The position numbers and the translations under genes were made by a program. A DNA stretch of 61,786 nt from a virus (Duplodnaviria > Caudoviricetes): positions 1 to 61,786 of the IMG/VR virus record IMGVR_UViG_3300021960_009997. One strand, 5' to 3'. This document shows, piece by piece, positions 28,569-37,226 of the stretch. The notes below the pieces were generated by a model. The model saw only the letters and a program-made list of their open reading frames with translations. It did no database searches and was not told where the DNA came from. Positions within the stretch are counted from its first letter, which is position 1. Every line of letters begins with the position of its first letter.

Positions 28569-30493
28569 AAATAGAAGGTAGAAACATATTAGATGAAGGA
28601 TTTGGCCCCTCCAATATAAGAAATGAAAAGGGACGATTCGGCAACAAGGAAAATGTAGCCAATTTATCAAATATGATAAGACAGGGCGCAGGCGAAGGGT
28701 TCGCTGCTATCGGTGCAAAACAATCTGCTATTTCGAGAGGTGCGGGTGTAGTTGCTCAAAACATGGGCAGCAATACTTTAGAAGTCCAGCGTATATTAGA
28801 ATCTACAAATGATGCAACAAAAGAAGAATTTAAGAAACTAACAGAGTTAATGGCAAATCGAATAGGTGCAACAGGAAAGGCACAAGAAAAAGCCTTGAAA
28901 GATATTGCTGTACAAATGGAAAAGATAAAAATTGTTGCGGGTGAAGAAGGCGAAAACATTTCTAAAGCTCTTGGTTTTGACGAAGCAAATAAGCAAATGC
29001 AAGGAAGTGCTTTTTCTGCTGTTGCTAAAGCTACTGTTGTAGATCCGGTTAAAGATTTCTTTGGATACGGTCCTAAAAATAATAAAGGATTCTTAGGAGA
29101 CAAAGGTATAGGTAAACCCTTTGCAGTAATGAGAGCCCGTAGAAATTTCAATGCTAAAGAGCAGGCAGCGCAAAACCTTGCAGAAGATTCACAAAGCGCT
29201 GCATTAAAATCTATGGGTGGTGGATTAGATGTAGAAAACAATTCTGTTCCTGAATTGTTGCAAGAATCAAAAGTCATATTAGAAGAAATTAGAGACGGAC
29301 AAAACACCGGTTCTGGTCCTATGTTTGGTCCTATGGGTTTTGGTGGGTTATTCACTGCTTTACTGCCTTTAGCAAAACTTGCAGGAATAGCAGTTGCTAT
29401 AGCTTCTTTATTGGCAGTTGCTAAATTAATAGCAGATGCTATTCCAGGTATTGAGATGACAGACGTTATCAATGCGGAATCCAACGCGTTAAGGGGGATG
29501 GACGCTGCAAGGAATCCCCCGGATACCAATGCTGCCCCGGATACCAATGGTGTAACTTCTGCTATTGATGATACAACAAAAGTTTTGAGTGAGGCTGAAT
29601 TCGTGGGTCCGTCAAAGCCCCCTTCAATTATGAACCGAGTTGTGAGCGCAGGAAGTGATCTGATTAGCGGCGCAAAAGGTATGGTAGGCAAGGGTTTAGA
29701 TTTCCTGGGGAGTAACAAAGTGTCAGGAACATTGACCGGCGTACAAGTAGCTATGGATTTGCGCGAACAATATAATACTATTGAAGAAGCAAATGCTGCT
29801 TTAGAAATGGGCGAAATAACACCAGAAGAACACCAACTCGTTGTTGATGATATACGAAACACCACCACTGGAAGATTAAGTGGCACAGCTTTAGGTACTG
29901 CTGGTGCAATCATCGCCGGCGCCGCGACCTCTGTAGCTGTCGGTGGTATTGCTGCGCCCATAGCTGCCGCGGCAGCTGTTGGTGTTGGTCTTTACAAAGC
30001 AGGTGAAGCTATCGGTGATTCTTTTGTCACAACCCCCGAGGAAGCAGCATTTGACGAAGCTAAAGAAAAAGGTTTGTATGACGAAAACTTGTTTTCAAAA
30101 AGTACGATAAACGAAGATCTGTTAGCAGAAGAAACAAACCCTCGGATATTAAAAGCAATTATAGATGATGCTGATTTGACTGAAGAAGACATGAAAAAGG
30201 TTCAAGCAAGACTTTTTGAGATTCAAAATCCTTCTATGGATGTGTCTTCTTTAGAAAGCACAACACAAACTTCAGCAGACAGTATAGACACAATGCCTAT
30301 TCCTACAGGAGATGCTGTTGAACACACCACTGCCTTGGCATCAAACACCAACACCCAAGCTCCTGTAGTCAATAATGTGACTAACAATAACAATAATAGT
30401 TCAAGTAGCAATGCTACTAATGTGTTTAGTCAGCCCCTGAGAAATGATAATAATAGTTGGAGTTTATATTCAACACAGAGAGTCTTAGGATAA
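28565..30493 (+). CDS. Putative tape-measure/gp29-like protein
   Basis: 642 aa, helical and Ala/Gly-rich with hydrophobic segments, C-terminal PVVNN.TNNN; follows gp26/gp51 with ATGA overlap. Confidence 0.55.
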   Translation: MKIEGRNILDEGFGPSNIRNEKGRFGNKENVANLSNMIRQGAGEGFAAIGAKQSAISRGAGVVAQNMGSNTLEVQRILESTNDATKEEFKKLTELMANRIGATGKAQEKALKDIAVQMEKIKIVAGEEGENISKALGFDEANKQMQGSAFSAVAKATVVDPVKDFFGYGPKNNKGFLGDKGIGKPFAVMRARRNFNAKEQAAQNLAEDSQSAALKSMGGGLDVENNSVPELLQESKVILEEIRDGQNTGSGPMFGPMGFGGLFTALLPLAKLAGIAVAIASLLAVAKLIADAIPGIEMTDVINAESNALRGMDAARNPPDTNAAPDTNGVTSAIDDTTKVLSEAEFVGPSKPPSIMNRVVSAGSDLISGAKGMVGKGLDFLGSNKVSGTLTGVQVAMDLREQYNTIEEANAALEMGEITPEEHQLVVDDIRNTTTGRLSGTALGTAGAIIAGAATSVAVGGIAAPIAAAAAVGVGLYKAGEAIGDSFVTTPEEAAFDEAKEKGLYDENLFSKSTINEDLLAEETNPRILKAIIDDADLTEEDMKKVQARLFEIQNPSMDVSSLESTTQTSADSIDTMPIPTGDAVEHTTALASNTNTQAPVVNNVTNNNNNSSSSNATNVFSQPLRNDNNSWSLYSTQRVLG

Positions 30494-30520
30494 AAAAAAG
30501 GGGGCCTAAGCCCCCTTTTT
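30492..30520. terminator. Bidirectional intrinsic terminator
   Basis: A8-GGGGGC-CTAA-GCCCCC-T5 between convergent genes. Confidence 0.9.
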
Positions 30521-30533
30521 GTCTGACTAACTA

Positions 30534-31448
30534 TTAGTCATCATTTGCAAGTTTAGCAAAGTATGATAGTGTATCATCCTCGTCATCAGCATCAACCTGT
30601 GTGGGTGCTGTAGGTGTTGCCAGCTTAGTAACCTTTTCCATGAAGTTATCATCAGCAGCGTCTCCTGTTTGAGAGGAAATACTTTCTGCTGTGCCTACCC
30701 TGGCACTGTTACCCAACACAAAGTCCAACTTCTTCTTCAATTCATCATATGACTTGAAGTTGCTTGGATCAGTAATTGCTGCAAGTGAGTGTTGCTGATT
30801 CCAAATAGCCTCGATAGCGTCATCGCTATCTGATACAGGACTTGGAGCTGCAAACTCAGACTTGTCGTAGTTACGATATCCTTCTACCTGACGAATCTTC
30901 AATTTGAAGTTAGCACCATCCCAAAAGTCAAAAGGATTCATTGGTGCTTCATCTTGGAACTCAGGCTGCATGGCATCTTTAATCTTGTCAAAGATCTTCT
31001 TGCCAAACTTGTAAAGGAATACCTTGCCGTTGTTAGAAGGATTACCTGAATCCTCAACAACAAGAATGTTAGCGTAGTAAGAGAGGCGACGCTTCTGCTT
31101 ACGTGCAATTTCTTTATTAGCTTCTACACCACTGTTCCAAAGCTCTGAGTTGAGTTCTGATACAGGGTCAGTCTGCTTGAGTGTAGTAAGTGAGTTTTCA
31201 ATATACCACTTACCTGTAGGACCTTGGAACCCGTGATTGAACATCTGTACCCAAGGCATATCCTCGCCTTGAGGTGCAGGAAGGAATCGAATAACAGCGT
31301 ATCCGTTGCCTGCGTTATCTACTGTGGGTTTCCACTCGTTAGAATCATCATTACGTTGCTGAGGGGCGTCAAGTTTTTCGACTTCCTTCATCAATGAATC
31401 AAAGTTGCCACGAGCCTTGCGAAGGTCTGAAAGGGAATTAAAAGCCAT
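30534..31448 (-). CDS. gp32: Single-stranded DNA-binding protein gp32
   Basis: GNGYAVIRFLP, HGFQGP.GKWYIENSLTT, KFGKKIFDKI, NPFDFW.GANFKLKIR, LSYFAKLA. Confidence 0.97.
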   Translation of the reverse strand: MAFNSLSDLRKARGNFDSLMKEVEKLDAPQQRNDDSNEWKPTVDNAGNGYAVIRFLPAPQGEDMPWVQMFNHGFQGPTGKWYIENSLTTLKQTDPVSELNSELWNSGVEANKEIARKQKRRLSYYANILVVEDSGNPSNNGKVFLYKFGKKIFDKIKDAMQPEFQDEAPMNPFDFWDGANFKLKIRQVEGYRNYDKSEFAAPSPVSDSDDAIEAIWNQQHSLAAITDPSNFKSYDELKKKLDFVLGNSARVGTAESISSQTGDAADDNFMEKVTKLATPTAPTQVDADDEDDTLSYFAKLANDD

Positions 31449-31487
31449 ATTATTTCTCCGTATATGCGTTATATGTGCGATGTATGT

Positions 31488-31664
31488 TTAGTTATTACTT
31501 CTTGTATATTCGTATGTGTCAAGGACTTCATCTAAATCAATTTCTTTTAGATCCTCAATACTATTTATACTCTTTAAAACCTTGTCGATTTCTCGTTCAG
31601 GTTTTTCTTTTCCAACCTTATGGATTCTTTTTTCCTCAGGTTTTCTTTTTACTGATTTAGACAT
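31488..31664 (-). CDS. Small hypothetical protein (58 aa)
   Basis: Manually translated MSKSVKRKPEEKRIHK...YEYTRSNN; fills the gp59-gp32 gap; contains TATAAATA at 31569-31562. Confidence 0.6.
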   Translation of the reverse strand: MSKSVKRKPEEKRIHKVGKEKPEREIDKVLKSINSIEDLKEIDLDEVLDTYEYTRSNN

Positions 31665-32233
31665 TGTGCAAATTTTCCTGCAAATCTCTGTTTAACATTG
31701 TCTTTGTCAAACCTGACAAAGGGTTTGTATTTCTTCACTAACAAACAAATGTGTTCCAATACAAAGTCATTAGCGTAATCTTCAACATAAGGATATAACT
31801 TTTCCATAATAACAAGTGTCTCAATTTGTATATCCCCACCCATGTACATTCTGAAGATTAAAGGGTGTGTGCCTTCCATTGCTGACTTAGACCCTTCTTT
31901 TTCCATCCTAAATAAGATATTATCTAAGTCAGTATCTAAAGTATACAACATTCTTTTACGTCTTGTCAAGTAGTTTTTGTAATTATCTAAAAAATTTCCT
32001 GTATAGATATTGGCCGTTTCATTGCCCGATACAAAGTTGGCAACAAGTATTTCTATGATTTCAGATCTTTTATATGTGCAGGCCAAGTCATACATATATT
32101 TGGTGTCTTTCCGTTTCTCAAAAGAAGCTCTTAGGTTGCCTATACGACCCTTAGTAACAGTAATATCATACTTAGGATCGGTAAAGTGCAACCTTAAGGC
32201 CGCATATAATTTGTAGACTTCAAAAGCCGTCAT
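31649..32233 (-). CDS. gp59: Helicase loader gp59-like
   Basis: FEVYKLY.AL.LHFT..KYD, FEKRKD, VANF, IETLVI, KKYKPF; gp33-gp59-gp32 order. Confidence 0.85.
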   Translation of the reverse strand: MTAFEVYKLYAALRLHFTDPKYDITVTKGRIGNLRASFEKRKDTKYMYDLACTYKRSEIIEILVANFVSGNETANIYTGNFLDNYKNYLTRRKRMLYTLDTDLDNILFRMEKEGSKSAMEGTHPLIFRMYMGGDIQIETLVIMEKLYPYVEDYANDFVLEHICLLVKKYKPFVRFDKDNVKQRFAGKFAQCLNQ

Positions 32234-32234
32234 G

Positions 32235-32528
32235 TTAAAAAGGTAGCTTGTTAGATTTAACCTTAAGTAGATTCAAGTCTTGTGCTTCTGCTTCAAGTTT
32301 TTGCTTCAAGCTACTATTGATAATCTTGTTCACACTGTCCGCTTCAATTTCATTTTTTAAGCAATAGTCTAATAATACATCCATACAAGATTGTTCTGTG
32401 CGAAATGAATTGTTTTCTATATACTTTGAAAACTCAGCAGGGGTTCTGAATTCTTTGGTGATAAGAAATGTGTCTGTTGGTTTTTGTGTTTCAGCCATAA
32501 ATTCGTTTGTTATTACTTCTAAGTTCAC
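32235..32528 (-). CDS. gp33: Late transcription coactivator gp33
   Basis: F...IE......MD....YC..NEIE......I..SLK.KLE.EA..LNLL.....LP. Confidence 0.85.
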   Translation of the reverse strand: MNLEVITNEFMAETQKPTDTFLITKEFRTPAEFSKYIENNSFRTEQSCMDVLLDYCLKNEIEADSVNKIINSSLKQKLEAEAQDLNLLKVKSNKLPF

Positions 32529-32539
32529 TTACTACTCCA

Positions 32540-33097
32540 TTATCTATAAAATACGTGATTCTCTATTTCAGCCGTTGTAAATTCAACAAACTGCCATTGT
32601 GGATCTATTGTATTGTTATGATACCACAACGCTCCGTCTGTAGGATCGTTGTATATACCATTTATAACACCTGCAGCTACGTCCATAGCACGACCCCATG
32701 CCCACATATCTACAGGTATATCACTTTTACCATCACAATACCAACTAAACTGACATTGGTTTTTGAGAGGAACTATCTTATTACGCTCCATCAAAAACCA
32801 CGATGATATTGGTCCTTGATATATAACATCACAAAGATCGCCAGGATATCTTTCATCATTTTTACGATTAACTGCTACATAAGCAACAGCTACTTGTCCG
32901 TCTATAGGCTCACCTCGTGCTTCAAAGTAAATGTTTTTTGCTAAACATTCTACTTCTCTGTAAGTGGGGCCTGCTTCAAATACAAATTCTATGTTAATAG
33001 GATTAACTTGTTTTACAGGTTCATCTTTAACTACTAATTGTAGTACAGCTAATAAAAACGCTGCTGTCATTGCTGTTAAAAGTATTACCTTTTTCAT
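32540..33097 (-). CDS. Cell wall hydrolase (SleB/Hydrolase_2 family) with N-terminal hydrophobic segment
   Basis: CLAKNIYFEARGE...GQ.AVA.V..NR, CQFSWYCDG, DPT.GA..YH, H.FY. Confidence 0.9.
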   Translation of the reverse strand: MKKVILLTAMTAAFLLAVLQLVVKDEPVKQVNPINIEFVFEAGPTYREVECLAKNIYFEARGEPIDGQVAVAYVAVNRKNDERYPGDLCDVIYQGPISSWFLMERNKIVPLKNQCQFSWYCDGKSDIPVDMWAWGRAMDVAAGVINGIYNDPTDGALWYHNNTIDPQWQFVEFTTAEIENHVFYR

Positions 33098-33111
33098 ACA
33101 ATCTCCTTAGT

Positions 33112-33345
33112 AATTGGGCCCTTTTGCTTACAAGGTGGAACCCATACCCCGCTTAGCTTAAGCTGCTAAGGCGTAAACGTCATCATTTGCGTTTATTTTA
33201 AGTAGTTTTAACGTCTACTCTGACGACCCTCAAATTGTCTATTCTCTCGTCTGTCGAATCCAAAACGCCCCCTCATGTTTTATTGGTGGAGGCGAGGGGA
33301 GTCGAACCCCTGTCCAAACTCGTTTTACTTCAATCGTCAACGGGT
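33112..33345 (-). ncRNA. ssrA: Circularly permuted (two-piece) tmRNA, tag (A)ANDDVYALAA
   Basis: Acceptor piece ...GGACAGGGGTTCGACTCCCCTCGCCTCCACCA (ends 33284) precedes an 11-nt spacer and the 5' piece GGGGGCG...GGATTCGAC (starts 33272); G3-U pair; tag ORF 33190-33158; outer ends approximate. Confidence 0.93.
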
Positions 33346-33349
33346 AATA

Positions 33350-33357
33350 TATTTATA
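33350..33357 (-). promoter_or_regulatory. T4-type late promoter for the tmRNA
   Basis: TATAAATA directly upstream of the acceptor piece. Confidence 0.75.
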
Positions 33358-34731
33358 TTATAACACTTTTAGTGCTTGCTTGTCAACCTTTCCATTGACA
33401 TTTAAAGGCAAGCTTTCCACAAAAGTGTAGTATTTTGGTTTTTTGTATTTGGTTAAAGTAGCCTCACACAAAGTATTCAGATCTTCTTCTGTCGCATTAC
33501 CGACAACAAAAGCATGAGGAACCTCTCCCCACAATCTGTCAGCTACACCTATCACAGCAACCTGGGATACCGCTGAGTGTGAGAGTAATACATTTTCAAT
33601 TTCTGTTGGGTATATGTTTATGCCCCCTGAAATAATCATGTCCGTTACTCTTCCAACAAGTTTATATTCGTTCCCTTCTTTAATTACTGCGTCTCCTGTA
33701 TGATACCAACCATCAGTAAACACTTTATCTGTTAGTTCCGAATTATGCCAATAGCCCCTCATAAGTGTTGGACTTCTTAACATAAGTTCTCCGGAAACAA
33801 TCTTAGCATCCATATGAGAAAACAATTTATTATTACACAATATAGTACCTGATTCTGTGCTACCATAAGAATCATAAAATTCTACATCTGTAAAAATTTC
33901 TTTTAATTCAGCTAACAAACTTTCAGACATAGGTGAACCAGAGTGTTGAATATTTTTTACAGATGAAATATCATACTCAAAAAAAGTTTTTGAATCTATC
34001 AACATTCTCAACATAGTAGGAGCGAGGGTAAAAGTATTTACCTTATATTTTTCAATGTGACGTAAAAATTCTTCAGGGGTAAATTTTTCCATAAGTATAA
34101 TATGATTGTTCGTAAACAAAGAGGTGAACAATCTGTTTATAACACCTGCAAATGTTAAAGGGCCTGAAATTAAAGTTACATATTCCTCTTTAAGATTGAA
34201 CATTGTCTTAGAAACAACCGAATTAAGATATTGCCCTTTATGGGTACACATCACCCCCTTAGGCTTACCGGTTGATCCACTTGTATAAAGTATCTGGTGC
34301 ATATCGTCATTTGCCCCCGGAGTAAATATTGCGCTTTTGTCAGTAAAAGCATAATATGAATCTGGGATATCTTGTAACACCAGTTTAGGCATACAATTAT
34401 CTAATATATTTTGTATTTCCAATTCAGACAATTTCGGACTTACTGGTACAATAATAGCGCCGAGCAAATGACAAGCAAAAAACAAATCAACAAGCTGTAC
34501 TGAATTGTACCCAATAAAAACTACTCTGTCACCTTGATTTACTCCTGTATCTTTTAGATATGATGCAAGACTGTGACCTCTATCATACATTTGAGAACAA
34601 GTGTATGTTTGATTATTAATTGTAAGTAGGGGGCTGTCTGGTGTTTGTTTATTGGATTTATCTAAAAATGCAGTGAGACTTATATCATTAGGGGAATCGT
34701 ATGTTAGCATAAAGTTTTTCGTACCTTTCAT
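33358..34731 (-). CDS. AMP-dependent acyl-CoA synthetase/ligase (class I adenylate-forming enzyme)
   Basis: YTSGSTGKPKG, YGSTE, GWYHTGD, GR..DMIISGG.NIYPTEIE, LPLN..GKVDK; start may be 34710. Confidence 0.92.
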   Translation of the reverse strand: MKGTKNFMLTYDSPNDISLTAFLDKSNKQTPDSPLLTINNQTYTCSQMYDRGHSLASYLKDTGVNQGDRVVFIGYNSVQLVDLFFACHLLGAIIVPVSPKLSELEIQNILDNCMPKLVLQDIPDSYYAFTDKSAIFTPGANDDMHQILYTSGSTGKPKGVMCTHKGQYLNSVVSKTMFNLKEEYVTLISGPLTFAGVINRLFTSLFTNNHIILMEKFTPEEFLRHIEKYKVNTFTLAPTMLRMLIDSKTFFEYDISSVKNIQHSGSPMSESLLAELKEIFTDVEFYDSYGSTESGTILCNNKLFSHMDAKIVSGELMLRSPTLMRGYWHNSELTDKVFTDGWYHTGDAVIKEGNEYKLVGRVTDMIISGGINIYPTEIENVLLSHSAVSQVAVIGVADRLWGEVPHAFVVGNATEEDLNTLCEATLTKYKKPKYYTFVESLPLNVNGKVDKQALKVL

Positions 34732-35368
34732 AATCTAAACGTAAGTCCAATAGCTGCTCTGCGTAGTTATCTCGTTTTTCAACAAAGATTTGAGGCTGTT
34801 CACCCTCTACAGTAATAGCAACAACAATTTGTGACACAGGAATGTCTGTCATTTCTTCAAACATAATTGCGTATGAAGTACATTGCATAAAGTAATTATC
34901 AATCCATTCTTTTCTTTTAGGCTTGCGAGAAGTCTTAAAGTCAATGACTGATAATTTCCCATCCCATTCAGCAATACAATCAACACGACCTGCCATACGT
35001 AAATGATTACTGTATAGTGGGTCTTCGATTGCGTGAATGTTGTCTATCCTGTCGAGTTCAGGACGAAAGCGATCCCACATCTGTTTGTCTAACAAACTGA
35101 GATTGCTTGTATCAATATCATTATTCAGCAACACGTTCTCGCACAAGTCGTGTATCTTTGTGCCTCTTGTTGCTGCCTGATTACTGATTTTGTTAGCTTC
35201 TTCTTCACCCACACGTTCACGCCAAGCCTTGATAGACTCTTTTGACGCATGAGACATAACGGTAGTAACTGAAGGGTATAACTTTCCTTCAGGTGTACGA
35301 TAGAATCTACCGTGTGGGTGAATTTCTGCTTCCGGTGCTTTTAGTTCTATAGGTATTCTTGTAAACAT
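34688..35368 (-). CDS. PD-(D/E)xK exonuclease of T4-like phages
   Basis: R.Y.TP.G..YPSVTT, RGT..H, AGRVDCIAE.DGKLSVIDFKTS, YFMQ...YA. Confidence 0.85.
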   Translation of the reverse strand: MFTRIPIELKAPEAEIHPHGRFYRTPEGKLYPSVTTVMSHASKESIKAWRERVGEEEANKISNQAATRGTKIHDLCENVLLNNDIDTSNLSLLDKQMWDRFRPELDRIDNIHAIEDPLYSNHLRMAGRVDCIAEWDGKLSVIDFKTSRKPKRKEWIDNYFMQCTSYAIMFEEMTDIPVSQIVVAITVEGEQPQIFVEKRDNYAEQLLDLRLDYERYEKLYANIRFP

Positions 35369-36057
35369 TCTATTAGTGTATCCGCTATCAATGTGTGTCC
35401 TTCAGGTGAAGGATGATTACATTCTGTGATGTATTTATTGTGGCTGTAATCCCACGTTCTGCCTATACGTGTGTCCCTTGGATCAATAGCAGTAAACTTA
35501 ATCTTTTTGCTTTCCTGTGTACAATAATCACTCAATAAAATATCAAGTAATGTATTATTCACAAACCTTGCATTTATAAATCCCATTGACAATAATTCAG
35601 TATAATATATGTTTGAATATACACTATAAGGTTCAAAAGCACTAATAAACAAGTGTCTTATATTTCTTTGCCTTAACTGATTGTGAATCCAACATATCAT
35701 CATATCAGTTTGCCATACCGGACTTCTTTTTGCTATTGTGTGTTCTTCTTCATTTACTACCCTAACATATTCATCCATAGTAGAGTTATATTTTGAAGCA
35801 CGTGTGCTATGTGACAAAGCAATAATAACAAAATCTTGCTGATGAAAATTGTCCAAGTTTTTCTGAACCTGATACAATATCATTTCATTGTTAGATCCTC
35901 GTTCAGCAAGATTGTTACAGGAGTCAAACAGTTTGCTTCTCTTAACTATTTGCGTAGGATAGCATATACTCTCCCGTTCATCAGGAGAGTTCTCTTTTGG
36001 TAGTTTTATAAAACCTTCAGTAAAACTATCACCGAATGTCCATAATATTGTTTTCAT
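35347..36057 (-). CDS. SGNH/GDSL-like hydrolase
   Basis: FGDSF, N.A..GS.N, terminal HPS..GH..IA. Confidence 0.6.
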   Translation of the reverse strand: MKTILWTFGDSFTEGFIKLPKENSPDERESICYPTQIVKRSKLFDSCNNLAERGSNNEMILYQVQKNLDNFHQQDFVIIALSHSTRASKYNSTMDEYVRVVNEEEHTIAKRSPVWQTDMMICWIHNQLRQRNIRHLFISAFEPYSVYSNIYYTELLSMGFINARFVNNTLLDILLSDYCTQESKKIKFTAIDPRDTRIGRTWDYSHNKYITECNHPSPEGHTLIADTLIECLQEYL

Positions 36058-36071
36058 ATTCTTACTTATAT

Positions 36072-36157
36072 TGGTGCCTCGGGTCGGACTTGAACCGACA
36101 ATCCCAATGGGAGACAGATTTTAAGTCTGTTGTGTATACCAATTCCACCACCGAGGC
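36072..36157 (-). tRNA. tRNA-Leu (anticodon TAA)
   Basis: GCCTCGG/CCGAGGC acceptor, ACAGA-CTTAAAA-TCTGT anticodon arm, long variable arm, GGTTCAAGTCC, encoded CCA. Confidence 0.95.
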
Positions 36158-36162
36158 TAATT

Positions 36163-36239
36163 TGGTACACCCTGCAGGAATCGAACCTGCAACCTACGGC
36201 TTAGAAGGCCGTTGCTCTATCCGATTGAGCTAAGGGTGC
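36163..36239 (-). tRNA. tRNA-Arg (anticodon TCT)
   Basis: GCACCCT/AGGGTGT acceptor, ACGGC-CTTCTAA-GCCGT, GGTTCGATTCC, encoded CCA. Confidence 0.95.
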
Positions 36240-36545
36240 TTATCTGTTGTTAAGCAAATACTGTGCTTTATTTAATACCCAAGGATCTCGGTGAGGCAAG
36301 TTGAAACCAGAGGAGCTGTCCCATTCTTTAAAGGCATAATCAAACCTGTCACTGTAAGCATCAGGGTGATCCTTCATTAGCTGCTCAAGTTCTTTTGCCC
36401 AGCCATCAAACACGTGGTCAGGTACAATGCTATCATCTAAAGCATAATAGATGCAGGAGTGTACAAGTACCTGCAACCGACGGCGCTTAATCAATTCGGC
36501 CGTCGGATTTGTAGGATTTGGGAATGTATAGCGTTCCTTACTCAT
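36240..36545 (-). CDS. Stand-alone NAD-dependent DNA ligase N-terminal (Ia)-like domain
   Basis: H...YY..DDSIVPD..FD....EL..L resembles the LigA domain Ia motif. Confidence 0.55.
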   Translation of the reverse strand: MSKERYTFPNPTNPTAELIKRRRLQVLVHSCIYYALDDSIVPDHVFDGWAKELEQLMKDHPDAYSDRFDYAFKEWDSSSGFNLPHRDPWVLNKAQYLLNNR

Positions 36546-36677
36546 TACTAAAACTCAAGGTCAGCTGAGAGTGCTCATGATTCATAAGAGCCATGAAAGT
36601 CTCCTGACCAAAAAAGTCAATGACTTCCTGATGACAAGAAAAAATCTGCTTGATGAAACCATTAGATACAATCAACA

Positions 36678-36908
36678 TTAATCACGCACCTCCGTAATAT
36701 ACTTGTGGTCAACAATAACAACCTCGCCTGCATCACGCTTGATGACAACCTTACCAGCAGAATTTTTCCACTGGAACCCATTGTCCAGTTTAACGTGGTG
36801 AGATACATTACCACCGTACTCAACATGACTGAGGGTTACTTTACCACTAACGGGTACATCACCGCTGAGATAAAGACCTTTAACACGCATACCTTCTAAG
36901 TTCCACAT
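36678..36908 (-). CDS. Hypothetical protein
   Basis: 76 aa, adjacent to the upstream gene, GGAG upstream. Confidence 0.65.
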   Translation of the reverse strand: MWNLEGMRVKGLYLSGDVPVSGKVTLSHVEYGGNVSHHVKLDNGFQWKNSAGKVVIKRDAGEVVIVDHKYITEVRD

Positions 36909-36909
36909 A

Positions 36910-37167
36910 TTAGCAACACTCCTGTAAACGATTCAATTCAAATTCATCAGCGAGTTCATTAAAGATTATATGATAATCCTCAGGCAATGTCAAGCCCGCG
37001 TCGCCTGCATCCAAGTGAATATCAGCATCCACAAAGTTCCAGTTAATGTCGCCGCGCTCGTCTAAGTTCTCAGGATTAACTACTGCGTTATTGAAGCTAA
37101 CTATTAGCTCTTGATATTTTACTACGTTGCTACTCATAATATAAGCCCTCACAGCTTGTTTTTTCAT
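36910..37167 (-). CDS. Hypothetical protein
   Basis: INWNFVDAD motif; first gene after a sigma70 promoter; true start may be the second Met. Confidence 0.6.
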   Translation of the reverse strand: MKKQAVRAYIMSSNVVKYQELIVSFNNAVVNPENLDERGDINWNFVDADIHLDAGDAGLTLPEDYHIIFNELADEFELNRLQECC

Positions 37168-37179
37168 TTTATAATGCTT

Positions 37180-37207
37180 ATTATACAGCCTTTTCAGGAA
37201 AAGTCAA
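37180..37207 (-). promoter_or_regulatory. Sigma70-type early promoter
   Basis: GC-TTGACT, 16 bp, TATAAT; similar copy at 61467-61440. Confidence 0.7.
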
Positions 37208-37226
37208 GCACTTTTTGGCCTAAGGA

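Noticed and set aside
28315-28662. 115-aa minus-strand ORF
   Set aside because: Antisense to gp26, gp51 and the tape-measure-like gene, which explain the region.
29517-29549. Direct repeat CCCCGGATACCAATG, two copies with 18-bp period
   Set aside because: An in-frame micro-duplication (PDTNAA/PDTNGV); not an array or att site.
28756-29961. 401-aa antisense ORF, and similar shadow ORFs such as 19556-20176 and 52880-53326
   Set aside because: They mirror the real genes on the opposite strand, with no RBS or recognisable motifs.
34688-35368. Cas4-like nuclease as evidence of a CRISPR system
   Set aside because: No repeat-spacer array or other cas genes seen; it matches the common T4-like phage exonuclease.
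36036-36233. 65-aa plus-strand ORF
   Set aside because: It is the antisense of the two tRNA genes.
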